A stretch of DNA of 25,862 nt from NCBI GenBank assembly GCA_037129625.1, contig JBAXUO010000001.1:1-25862 (forward strand). Direction: 5' to 3'. This document shows positions 1-8,201 of the stretch, in pieces. The stretch comes from Chlamydiota bacterium (GTDB lineage: Bacteria > Chlamydiota > Chlamydiia > Chlamydiales > SM23-39). Within the stretch, counting starts at the first letter, position 1. Each line of letters begins with the position of its first letter. The notes under the pieces are model-generated. The model saw only the letters and a program-made list of their open reading frames with translations. It was not told the origin of the DNA and did not search any database. The position numbers and the translations under genes are program-made.

Positions 1-57
1 TTCGGTAAGAAGTATCGAGATCACAAGATGGCCCTTCGCTTGAATTACGCTTTTTGA
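1..57 (+). CDS. 3' end of an upstream gene, probably an outer-membrane beta-barrel protein (partial)
   Basis: Frame 1 reads FGKKYRDHKMALRLNYAF-stop (TGA 55-57). Alternating hydrophobic residues with Y at -3 and a terminal F match the C-terminal beta-signal of outer-membrane proteins. Only 18 codons are visible. Confidence 0.45.
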   Translation, partial: FGKKYRDHKMALRLNYAF

Positions 58-68
58 TTGAAACACCC

Positions 69-97
69 TTGCGAGCAAAAAAATCTTCCATTACTCT
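69..97 (+). promoter_or_regulatory. Candidate sigma70/sigma66-type promoter for mreC
   Basis: TTGCGA (69-74), 17-nt spacer, TACTCT (92-97), 26 nt upstream of the ATG at 124. Motif match only. Confidence 0.35.
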
Positions 98-123
98 TAC
101 AATAGATTTTTCTTTAGGGTGAT

Positions 124-1287
124 ATGCATAAGAAAACTTCCTACCTCGCTTATATTTTTTTAATCGCATTTTTATTTGTGATCATTAGCATCCCAAAACC
201 TAAAGTAGCTCAACTACGAAGAGAAGTTGTCGCTTGTATTTCCCCCGTATGGAGTTCTATTGAAAATGCTAAAAGTGCTTCCGGAAGTATTGGACAAAGC
301 TCAGAACTTTCTCACCTTTCCTTAGAAAATCAACTCTTAAATTCTCAAATGGAAGGGATTTATGAATGGCTTCTTTTTGAAGAAAGAATTCAAGATCAAA
401 TGGAAAAATTCAAAGCTTTATCCAAAGAAACCGTAGATGACCTCTATTGGAATGAGTTTTTTCATAGAAGAAGTGAGGAACTCAAACAAATCCTCGAAAC
501 AGAACTCCAAGCCCTTCCCGGAAAAGTCATCTTTCGAGAACCCTCTTCTTGGAGCAGCAGTCTTTGGATCAATATCGGAGAAAAAGAAAATGAGGCTGTC
601 GGCAGGACAATTATTGCAAAAAATAGTCCTGTAGTGATTGGAGATTCTTTGATCGGGGTTATTGAATATGTCGGCGCTACCGAATCAAGAGTTCGCCTCA
701 TTACCGATGCCGCCTTAGTCCCCTCCGTTCGAGCCATTCGGGGAGAAACTCAAGAAAAAGAAGTTCTGCAAGTTATTAAGTCATTGAAAGATCGTTTGGC
801 TTCTCGAGAAGATCTTTTTTCTTCTTTGGAAGAAAAAAAGACCTTCTCTTCTATATTATCTGCTATGCAAGAAAAATTGGTTCGAGAGAAGAAAAATTGG
901 TATTTGGCTAAAGGAGAGCTCTACGGAGCAAGTCACCCTCTTTGGAAATCCAAAGAACCCCGACTCAAAGGTGTAGGTTTTCAATACTCTAATCCGGATG
1001 TAGAAGGACCCTCTAGAGAACTTTTTTCCGGAAAAGCTCTTGATGTCTCTGCTTCTGAAAAATGGGAGACAGGTCCTTTGATACAAGAAGGAGATCTTTT
1101 AGTTACTACAGGTATGGATGGGGTTTTTCCTGCGGGGCTTCATGTGGCTATTGTCTCCAAAGTAGGCCCTTTAAAAGATGGGGATTATGCCTATGAGATC
1201 GAAGCCAAGCCAACCGCACAGAATTTAGAAGATTTAAAGGTCGTTTTTGTTATGCCTCCTTTAGGCTTTGATAACATTCATGATTGA
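124..1287 (+). CDS. mreC: Rod shape-determining protein MreC (long form)
   Basis: N-terminal TM helix, then coiled coil (LSLENQLLNSQM), then MreC beta-domain motifs AxVIFREPSSWSSSLWINIG, NSPVVIGDSLIGVIEYVG..SRVRLITD and GDLLVTTGMDGVFPAGLHVA. Confidence 0.88.
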   Translation: MHKKTSYLAYIFLIAFLFVIISIPKPKVAQLRREVVACISPVWSSIENAKSASGSIGQSSELSHLSLENQLLNSQMEGIYEWLLFEERIQDQMEKFKALSKETVDDLYWNEFFHRRSEELKQILETELQALPGKVIFREPSSWSSSLWINIGEKENEAVGRTIIAKNSPVVIGDSLIGVIEYVGATESRVRLITDAALVPSVRAIRGETQEKEVLQVIKSLKDRLASREDLFSSLEEKKTFSSILSAMQEKLVREKKNWYLAKGELYGASHPLWKSKEPRLKGVGFQYSNPDVEGPSRELFSGKALDVSASEKWETGPLIQEGDLLVTTGMDGVFPAGLHVAIVSKVGPLKDGDYAYEIEAKPTAQNLEDLKVVFVMPPLGFDNIHD

Positions 1288-2323
1288 TACGGCTCTATTG
1301 CAAAGTTGGTTTGCCAAGAATGCAAGAGATTTTCCCTGGAGACATAATCGATCGCCCTACTCTGTTTGGATTTCTGAGGTGATGCTGCAACAGACAAGAG
1401 CTGTGAGCGTAATTCCTTATTTTATTCGGTGGATGGAAAGGTATCCGACCATTCAAGATCTGGCGAAAGCTCCTTTTTCTGAGGTTATCAAGTTGTGGGA
1501 AGGTCTTGGGTATTATAGCCGGGTAAGAAATCTCCATAGTGCAGCTCAGGAGATGATAGAAAATTTTCAGGGCGTTCCCCATACAGAGGAAGCTTTAAAA
1601 AAGATTCGGGGTTTTGGCCCATATACCATAGGAGCGGTTCTCTCTTTTGCTTTTCATAAAAAGGCGGTCGCTATCGATGGGAATGTCACTCGGGTGCTAA
1701 CCCGATTTTTTTTAATAAAAGAGGATATATCTAAAGCAGTTGTAAAAAATTCCCTTGGGGTTTTAGCTGAAGATATTTTGAAAAATGAAAAAAAACCATG
1801 GGTGATTACAGAGGCTTTGATTGAGCTGGGGGCTCTGGTGTGTATAAAAAAACCTAAATGTTCTGTTTGTCCCCTCCGAGAAAAGTGTAAGGCTTTTATA
1901 TCAAATGAAATGGAACAAATTCCGAGGAAAAAACCAAAGCCTAAAACTGTTTTTTTACAAAGAGTAGCTTTGATGATTCAAAACCAAGGTAAGGTTTTGG
2001 TTCAAAAAGGAGAGGGGAAAAAGCTGATGGCTGATCTCTATGAATTTCCTTACTTTGAGGTAGAGGATGAACTTTCTTTGGAAGAGGTAGAAGAAGAGGC
2101 TTTTCGAATATGGGGTATTAGGTTGGAGGTCCAAAAAAAACACGAACCGATTCAACAAAGTTTTACAAAATACAAAGTTGTGTTATATCCCTTTTTATTA
2201 GAAGCTTTTGAGAAAATAAACATTCCGGGGTTTTCTTGGGTTTCTTTAGAAGAACTTCAAAGATTGCCCTTTTCTTCCGGACATCGTAAAATGAAAGATC
2301 AGTTTTTTGGGAAATGCAAATGA
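1280..2323 (+). CDS. mutY: A/G-specific adenine DNA glycosylase MutY
   Basis: RDFPWR, YSVWISEVMLQQT (catalytic Glu), WEGLGYYSRVRNL, HhH motif GFGPYTIGA, AIDGNV (catalytic Asp), Fe-S Cys cluster CIKKPKCSVCPLREKC, C-terminal NUDIX-like domain. ATG at 1280 preferred over TTG at 1268. Confidence 0.95.
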   Translation: MIDTALLQSWFAKNARDFPWRHNRSPYSVWISEVMLQQTRAVSVIPYFIRWMERYPTIQDLAKAPFSEVIKLWEGLGYYSRVRNLHSAAQEMIENFQGVPHTEEALKKIRGFGPYTIGAVLSFAFHKKAVAIDGNVTRVLTRFFLIKEDISKAVVKNSLGVLAEDILKNEKKPWVITEALIELGALVCIKKPKCSVCPLREKCKAFISNEMEQIPRKKPKPKTVFLQRVALMIQNQGKVLVQKGEGKKLMADLYEFPYFEVEDELSLEEVEEEAFRIWGIRLEVQKKHEPIQQSFTKYKVVLYPFLLEAFEKINIPGFSWVSLEELQRLPFSSGHRKMKDQFFGKCK

Positions 2324-3408
2324 AAATTTTACATTTAGAATCTTCGCCGGGTTGGGGTGGTCAAGAAATTCGGATTTTAAAGGAAGCCGAAGGGATGCGA
2401 AAAAGAGGACATACTGTAATTTTTGGAGTGACTCCCCAAGGTCTTCTTGTAAAAGAGGCTAGGAATAAAGGGTTTACGGTTTACGAGATTGACTTTCGAA
2501 AAAGGTCTTGGATCCATTCTTTTTTTTCTTTAAGACAGATTATGCGAAAGGAAGAGATTCAAATTGTGAATACCCATTCTTCTTTAGATTCTTGGCTAGG
2601 GGGGCTTGTTTGCCGCTATAGAAAAATTCCGATTGTGAGAACAAGGCATTTATCTACATCGGTTCGTGGCGGGCTAAATAGTTATTTGCTCTACAACCAG
2701 TTGACTGATTTTGTGATTACGACTTGTGAGAGTATTATTTCTGAAATAAGTCAAAAATCGAAGAAGTCGATAAATTTTTTTAAATCTTTACCTACAGGGA
2801 TTGATCCATCTGTCATTCACCCTAATCGAGAAGAAATGCAAAAATTTCGGAATTCCTTAGGGATTCAAGAAACGGATATTTTGGTGGGTATGGCTTGTTT
2901 TATGCGTTCTTGGAAGGGAATTGATGATTTTTTTCAAGCGGCAGAGCAATTACGGGAGCATAAGAATATAAAGTGGATTATGATTGGCGGTGGGCACGAA
3001 GAGAGGTATCGTCAGAGAGCAAAAGAGAAGGATTTACCCATTTTTTTTACCGGGCATTTAGAATCTCCCTATGTAGCGATGGGGTCTTTGGATATATTTG
3101 CACTTTTAAGTACGGCTCACGAAGGGGTTTCTCAAGCCAGTTTACAAGCTGCTTTTTTAGAAAAGCCTTTGATTATGACCCCTACGGGTGGGCTTAGAGA
3201 AGTATGTTTGGATGGAGTTACCGGAATTCAGGTGCCGGTTTTTTCTCCCAATCGAGTGGCGGAGGCTGTTTTACGACTTTCAAAAGACTCATCATTACGG
3301 AAAGAATTAGGAAAAGAGGGAAAAATTTTAGTCAAAGAAAAATTTACTTTGCAAGGAATGTTGGATTATACGGAAGCAATTTATCAAAGTATCTTAGATC
3401 CTTTGTAA
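2320..3408 (+). CDS. Glycosyltransferase family 4 (GT-B fold), probably LPS/surface glycan related
   Basis: MKILHLESSPGWGGQEIRIL, VNTHSSLDSW, VRTRHLS, RSWKG, EGVSQASLQA. ATGA overlap with the mutY stop (2320-2323) supports this start. Confidence 0.88.
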   Translation: MKILHLESSPGWGGQEIRILKEAEGMRKRGHTVIFGVTPQGLLVKEARNKGFTVYEIDFRKRSWIHSFFSLRQIMRKEEIQIVNTHSSLDSWLGGLVCRYRKIPIVRTRHLSTSVRGGLNSYLLYNQLTDFVITTCESIISEISQKSKKSINFFKSLPTGIDPSVIHPNREEMQKFRNSLGIQETDILVGMACFMRSWKGIDDFFQAAEQLREHKNIKWIMIGGGHEERYRQRAKEKDLPIFFTGHLESPYVAMGSLDIFALLSTAHEGVSQASLQAAFLEKPLIMTPTGGLREVCLDGVTGIQVPVFSPNRVAEAVLRLSKDSSLRKELGKEGKILVKEKFTLQGMLDYTEAIYQSILDPL

Positions 3409-3476
3409 TTTAAGCGATTTTCCTTTTGCTAAAATTTTTTTTTTTGAAAAATAGAGAAAATATTGAGGTTTTATTT

Positions 3477-4169
3477 ATGGATAAGCAACCGGAAGTTATA
3501 GAAAAAAGTTTTGCGCAGAAAATGGTTTTCTTTTTTCTTGAGAAGAAGGATCTTCTATTTTGGATTGTCAGTGCTATACTTTTGGTTTCATTAGTTGTTT
3601 TTCAAGTGATTTCCTTTATTCAAAGATCGGAGAGAAAAGCGAAAGTGGAATTTGAGACGACCTATTTGGAATGGACGAAAGATAAAAAGCCTACTACTTT
3701 TGCTAAGTTAGAAACCTTGTTACAAAAACATTCTTCCATAGCGAGATCCTATCAAGGAATGCTTGTCCAAAAGGGTTTAGAAGAGGGCTATCTTGGAATA
3801 CTTCCTTTAGCTAAACAAGCGATGAATGATGGAGCGCCGTCACTGTATTCTGAATTTGGAAAGATATCTCTTCTCATGATGGAAAATAAGTTGGCAAAAG
3901 CTCTTGAATCTTCTTACGTATTGAAAAGTGAGTTGGTTAAGAAAAAAGATATGGAGACGCTGACAGCGTTTACAATGTTGCGGATTGCCGGGCTTGAAAA
4001 GTCTTTAGGACAAAAAGAAAAGGAAAAGAAGGCGTGGGAAGCGTTGGAAGTTTTTTTGGCTTCCCATAAGGAAAACGCATCTATTCAGCTTTTCTTAAGT
4101 AATTTCCGCAAGGGCCAAGACGTAGACCTTGCGGATTATGTTACCTATCGAAAGAGTCTTTTGAAATAA
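3477..4169 (+). CDS. Hypothetical membrane-anchored, helical protein (YfgM-like architecture possible)
   Basis: ATG 3477 with GAGG upstream. One TM segment (LLFWIVSAILLVSLVVFQVISFI) followed by an all-helical, TPR-like soluble part. Confidence 0.6.
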   Translation: MDKQPEVIEKSFAQKMVFFFLEKKDLLFWIVSAILLVSLVVFQVISFIQRSERKAKVEFETTYLEWTKDKKPTTFAKLETLLQKHSSIARSYQGMLVQKGLEEGYLGILPLAKQAMNDGAPSLYSEFGKISLLMMENKLAKALESSYVLKSELVKKKDMETLTAFTMLRIAGLEKSLGQKEKEKKAWEALEVFLASHKENASIQLFLSNFRKGQDVDLADYVTYRKSLLK

Positions 4170-4172
4170 CTC

Positions 4173-4586
4173 TTAAGGGTGCTCTTCTTCGTTGCCCAAA
4201 GCTTTTTCTCGTATGGAAATTTCCTTCGAGACTTTGGGTATTAGATGATAAGCAATGCCAGCCAAGATTCCTAGGTTGAAAAATATGATAAAGGGAAGGA
4301 AAATGGCGAATACCAGGCAAACGGAACCTAAGATAATTTGTAAAAACATCTCTTGCTTGTTCATAAATTCGAGAATATTTTTCTCGATACGAAGCAGTTT
4401 TTGCGGATAGGCCAAACTAAGAATAGTTCCAAGACCCATGAAGCCAATTGTCCATATAGGACCTGTGAAGAAATCTAAAATACTCGATATTGCGGCCACT
4501 AAAATGGCGAGAGCAAAAAAGAGTTCATTCACATGTTTACGAGCATACTGCTCGATAATTTTTACAGGGATACCCTTGTCATTCAT
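4173..4586 (-). CDS. Small integral membrane protein with about 4 TM segments, function unknown
   Basis: 137-aa ORF with AAGGAG RBS (ctcctt on + strand just past 4586). Two hydrophobic pairs separated by a charged loop. Confidence 0.75.
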   Translation of the reverse strand: MNDKGIPVKIIEQYARKHVNELFFALAILVAAISSILDFFTGPIWTIGFMGLGTILSLAYPQKLLRIEKNILEFMNKQEMFLQIILGSVCLVFAIFLPFIIFFNLGILAGIAYHLIPKVSKEISIREKALGNEEEHP

Positions 4587-4639
4587 AAGAAGACTCCTTA
4601 AAAAAATATAGTTTTTTGTGAAATTACACCTTATTTCAT

Positions 4640-4691
4640 AATGTAAGTAGTAAGAATTTTTTTTGCAATCCTATGTTGTAGATTTTATTGT
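4640..4691. promoter_or_regulatory. Candidate back-to-back promoters sharing a palindromic -35 (TTGCAA 4663-4668)
   Basis: Plus strand: TTGCAA-N17-TATTGT (4686-4691) toward 4741. Minus strand: TTGCAA-N17-TACATT (4645-4640) toward 4586. Confidence 0.4.
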
Positions 4692-4740
4692 CTTTTTTTT
4701 AGGGATTTTCTAAACTCTCAACCTTAGCTGGAGTTTTATA

Positions 4741-5937
4741 TTGAAGGTTCCTCTTTTTTTTCTTTCTTTTCGAAAGAAAATATTTTGGATGATGTTTACA
4801 TTCTTTTTTATCGGTCTTTTATCACTTTTAGTCCTTTATTTCATTAGTGATAGCTACCTTCCTTCTTTAGATTTTTCTGCAAAGTCTTTTTTCCTTCCTT
4901 CAAAAAAAAATATCGAATTCCAAGCTGACTTTTTTCAACTTTCCTCCCCTTCTGTTGCCTTACTCCCCCCTTCTTTGGAAGAAGAACTTTTTTGTGTCAT
5001 AAAAAAGAAAAAACCCGATATTTCGAAAGATTCTTTTGGAATTGAAATGGTTTTTCCAAAATCGAAACAAAGGCAAACGGTCGATATCGGTGAAAAAGTC
5101 TATCTGGGATGGAATAAAAAAAAGGGTTTTTTCTTATCAAAAAAAAAGAGTTCTTTATGGCTGGAACCGACTCAAATTCAAGAGGAAAAGCTCATTTGCT
5201 CTATAGGAGTCGGGCTTGACTCTCAAGAAAAAATATTCCCCGGGTTTCTATTTATTAGAAAAGAAGAAGGGATTTTTGAAGAAAAGAGTCCTTTTGAAGA
5301 ATTATCTTCGGCTCAGTGGAGAGGCCAAGATCTCCTTTCCAAGTTTTGGAACTCTACTTTAGAGAACCAAGAGAGAGTAGAGATTTTGCAAAAACCCCTA
5401 TTTATAAAAAAAGGGGATCTTTTGGCTTGGAAAAAAAAGTGGGTTGTTATTCAAGATCCGGAAGAGGGCCATATGATTCCTTTGGCTTTATTGGAAGAGA
5501 TTTCTCCTCAGGAAATGGTCTTTTTAGGTTGGGATGCTACCGGAGAGAAAAGTTTTAAAATAACGATTCCTTTGGTTCTTAAGGAAAAAACTACGAATCA
5601 TTCGGAAAAGATGTTTTCTTCTCTTCGTATGCGTACAAAAAACCAAGTTAGTCTTCAACTCAATCACCAGAGATTTTTTTTACGTCCGGGTGATTGGCTG
5701 GTTGAAAAACAAGGCAAATGGAAGCGGGTTATGAAAAGAGAGGGTGATTTAAAACCTTCATGGAGTACAATTAACGCTACTTCTTTTTTTTATTTCCAAT
5801 CGATGGAATTTAAAGAGGAAAAATTTTTGTTGAAAGGTTTTCGATTGGATGGGTCGGGTACGGAATGTGTGCCTATCCAAGAAGAGATTTCTCTTCCGAA
5901 TAAAAAAGGAAAAAAATCCATAAGGTGCAGAACGTGA
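4741..5937 (+). CDS. Hypothetical membrane-anchored protein, first gene of the T2SS operon
   Basis: TTG start with GGAG RBS (4730-4733), N-terminal TM helix, beta-rich remainder; stop overlaps the gspD start (GTGA 5934-5937). Confidence 0.7.
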   Translation: MKVPLFFLSFRKKIFWMMFTFFFIGLLSLLVLYFISDSYLPSLDFSAKSFFLPSKKNIEFQADFFQLSSPSVALLPPSLEEELFCVIKKKKPDISKDSFGIEMVFPKSKQRQTVDIGEKVYLGWNKKKGFFLSKKKSSLWLEPTQIQEEKLICSIGVGLDSQEKIFPGFLFIRKEEGIFEEKSPFEELSSAQWRGQDLLSKFWNSTLENQERVEILQKPLFIKKGDLLAWKKKWVVIQDPEEGHMIPLALLEEISPQEMVFLGWDATGEKSFKITIPLVLKEKTTNHSEKMFSSLRMRTKNQVSLQLNHQRFFLRPGDWLVEKQGKWKRVMKREGDLKPSWSTINATSFFYFQSMEFKEEKFLLKGFRLDGSGTECVPIQEEISLPNKKGKKSIRCRT

Positions 5938-8201
5938 AACGGTTATTTGTTTTATTGACTCTTGTGTATTCTTTTTTTCTTAGTTCTGAGGAGGCTTCCA
6001 CTTTTTGTGAGGACAGTCTGCAGAAATCAAATCAAAAGTTAATGTCTCTTCGCTCCCAACTCGCAGAAAAAAGGGAACAAGGTGTGGCTTTATATGGTCG
6101 GCAAGCAGAAGAAAAAGATTATGAGAAACTTCTTTTTGAGATTCAGGGCCTTCAAAAGACGATCCGAGAAATAGAGAATCAAGGCCGAAAAGACTTTATA
6201 CAAGATTCTATGAAGAATGATGAAGGGTATGCCTATTGGGATTTGGGAGAAACGACTCTTTCGCAGCTTCTTTTAGAATATGGGAGTTCTGATTTTTTAT
6301 ATATTATTCCTCAAGAACTTGGAATGATGAAACTCCAAATGTTTTCTAGTATTCCTATACCTAGGGAGTCTTGGAATGAAATGATTGAGTTAGTATTGAC
6401 TCATAATGGTATTGGGATAAAAAAACTAAACCCTTTTCTTCGGCAGCTCTATCTTATTAAACATGACTTGATTCATGTCGAAGTGGTCGCTCACTGCATC
6501 AAAGATTTAGCTCATATTTCTTCTCAATCTATGGTTTTCTTTGTGTTCTCCCCTCCTCCGGAACAAGTTCGATCGGTTTTAGGTTTTTTTGATCGATTTT
6601 CTGATCCTAAACAGGTGACTGTACAAATAGTGGGAAGTAAAATAGTTCTCGTGGCAACTAGAGATAATGTGGAAAGACTCTTTTCTATTTATGAAGCGGT
6701 TTGGGAAAAAGAAAAAGGAAAAGTGGTCCGTGTGATTCCGATTACTAAAATTGCGGTGACGGAGGCTGAAAAAATTATCAAGGCTTTTTTTCAAGATTTT
6801 TCTAAAACGAAAGCGACATTCTATCAACAGGGCGATGAGCTACTTTTGTTTCCTCAAGGGTCTTCTATTACACTGGTAGGTTCGCTTGATTTGGTGGAGC
6901 GGGCAGAAAAAGTGGTCAAGGATTTAGAAAGCCAGCTCGAAGAGCCGGGCGAGATGTCTGTATATTGGTATACCTGTAAACATTCTACACCCGAAGATCT
7001 TGCTTCTGTTTTAGAAAAAGTTTATTTGTCTTTAGTTTTGCCGACAGCATTGGAGGCAAAAAAAGGAGAAGACCGACCGATTAACAAAGATTTTTCTTCT
7101 GTGTATGATCGAATGACAGGTTATACTCCAACTCTTCCGGTTCCGCCGACTTTTGTTCAAGCAGGAAAAATTGAAAAGGATGCTTCTCCCAAGGTTTTTG
7201 GGAACTTCATTGTAGATCCGAAGACCGGTTCGATTATGATGGTTGTGCGTAAAGACACTCTTGAAAAATTGAAATCGCTGATAAAAAAACTCGATGTGCC
7301 TAAGAAAATGGTCCAAATCGAGGTGTTGCTTGTAGAAAAGAGGCTACGGGATCGGAAACAAACGGGCATTAATTTACTGAAAATTGGAAAAAGAGTAGCC
7401 AAAAATATTCATGAAACCAGTACGGTTTTCGATGACACTCACAAGGCACATAATAAAGGAATTTTAGAATTTATTTTGAGTCAGAAAACACATCATCCTT
7501 GGCCTGCTTTTGATTTGATTTTGAATTTTTTAATGGCTCAAGATGATATTCGAATTAATGCAAATCCTTCTATTTTAGCAGTGAATCAGACCCCGGCTTC
7601 CATTTCGATTGTAGAGGAAATGTCTATCAATAATGGTGCGGTTCCTATTGCGACAGGGCAAACGTGGGCTTATGAAAAATCGTACTCTAGAGCGCAATTT
7701 GGGATTACCATTGTCATGACTCCAACCGTACATCTTCCGGATTATGAAGAAAATCCGGATCTTAAAGGTTCTATTACACTCCAAACGAATGTAAATTTTG
7801 ATACGACGCAAGAAACTGTGGATGATAGACCTACAGTTATAAAAAGACATATTGAAAATGAGGTTTGTATCGCGGATGGAGAGACGGTGATTCTTGGCGG
7901 TTTAAGAAAAAAAACAGGTGAAGATGGTCGGGACAAAATACCTTTTTTAGGAGATATTCCCGGGATCGGGAAGCTTTTTGGAACGACAAAGATGTGTGAT
8001 TCTACTACGGAAATGTTGATTTTTATTACTCCAAAAATTATTAAAGACCCTATTGAAGATCTTCGAAGAGAGAGAGCTTATCTTTTAAAGAAAAGACCCG
8101 GAGATATCCCGGAGTTTATGCAAAGGTTAGAAGAGTCTCGAAATCAAGAGAGAAGGAAGCTTTTTGAAAACAGCATAAAATTGCTTTTTGACAAACTATG
8201 A
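5934..8201 (+). CDS. gspD: Type II secretion secretin GspD
   Basis: Signal peptide; N-domain repeats (YTCKHSTPEDLASVLEKVY, IVDPKTGSIMMV...LIKKLDVPKKMVQIEVLLVE); secretin core (ANPSILAVNQTPASISIVEE, GITIVMTPTV, GETVILGGL, DKIPFLGDIPGIGKLFG, EMLIFITPKII). Confidence 0.93.
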   Translation: MKRLFVLLTLVYSFFLSSEEASTFCEDSLQKSNQKLMSLRSQLAEKREQGVALYGRQAEEKDYEKLLFEIQGLQKTIREIENQGRKDFIQDSMKNDEGYAYWDLGETTLSQLLLEYGSSDFLYIIPQELGMMKLQMFSSIPIPRESWNEMIELVLTHNGIGIKKLNPFLRQLYLIKHDLIHVEVVAHCIKDLAHISSQSMVFFVFSPPPEQVRSVLGFFDRFSDPKQVTVQIVGSKIVLVATRDNVERLFSIYEAVWEKEKGKVVRVIPITKIAVTEAEKIIKAFFQDFSKTKATFYQQGDELLLFPQGSSITLVGSLDLVERAEKVVKDLESQLEEPGEMSVYWYTCKHSTPEDLASVLEKVYLSLVLPTALEAKKGEDRPINKDFSSVYDRMTGYTPTLPVPPTFVQAGKIEKDASPKVFGNFIVDPKTGSIMMVVRKDTLEKLKSLIKKLDVPKKMVQIEVLLVEKRLRDRKQTGINLLKIGKRVAKNIHETSTVFDDTHKAHNKGILEFILSQKTHHPWPAFDLILNFLMAQDDIRINANPSILAVNQTPASISIVEEMSINNGAVPIATGQTWAYEKSYSRAQFGITIVMTPTVHLPDYEENPDLKGSITLQTNVNFDTTQETVDDRPTVIKRHIENEVCIADGETVILGGLRKKTGEDGRDKIPFLGDIPGIGKLFGTTKMCDSTTEMLIFITPKIIKDPIEDLRRERAYLLKKRPGDIPEFMQRLEESRNQERRKLFENSIKLLFDKL

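Noticed and set aside
3435-3445. T11 homopolymer upstream of the 3477 gene as a phase-variation tract
   Set aside because: Intergenic with the ATG 3477 start; long A/T runs are common throughout this AT-rich window; no read-level evidence of length variation.
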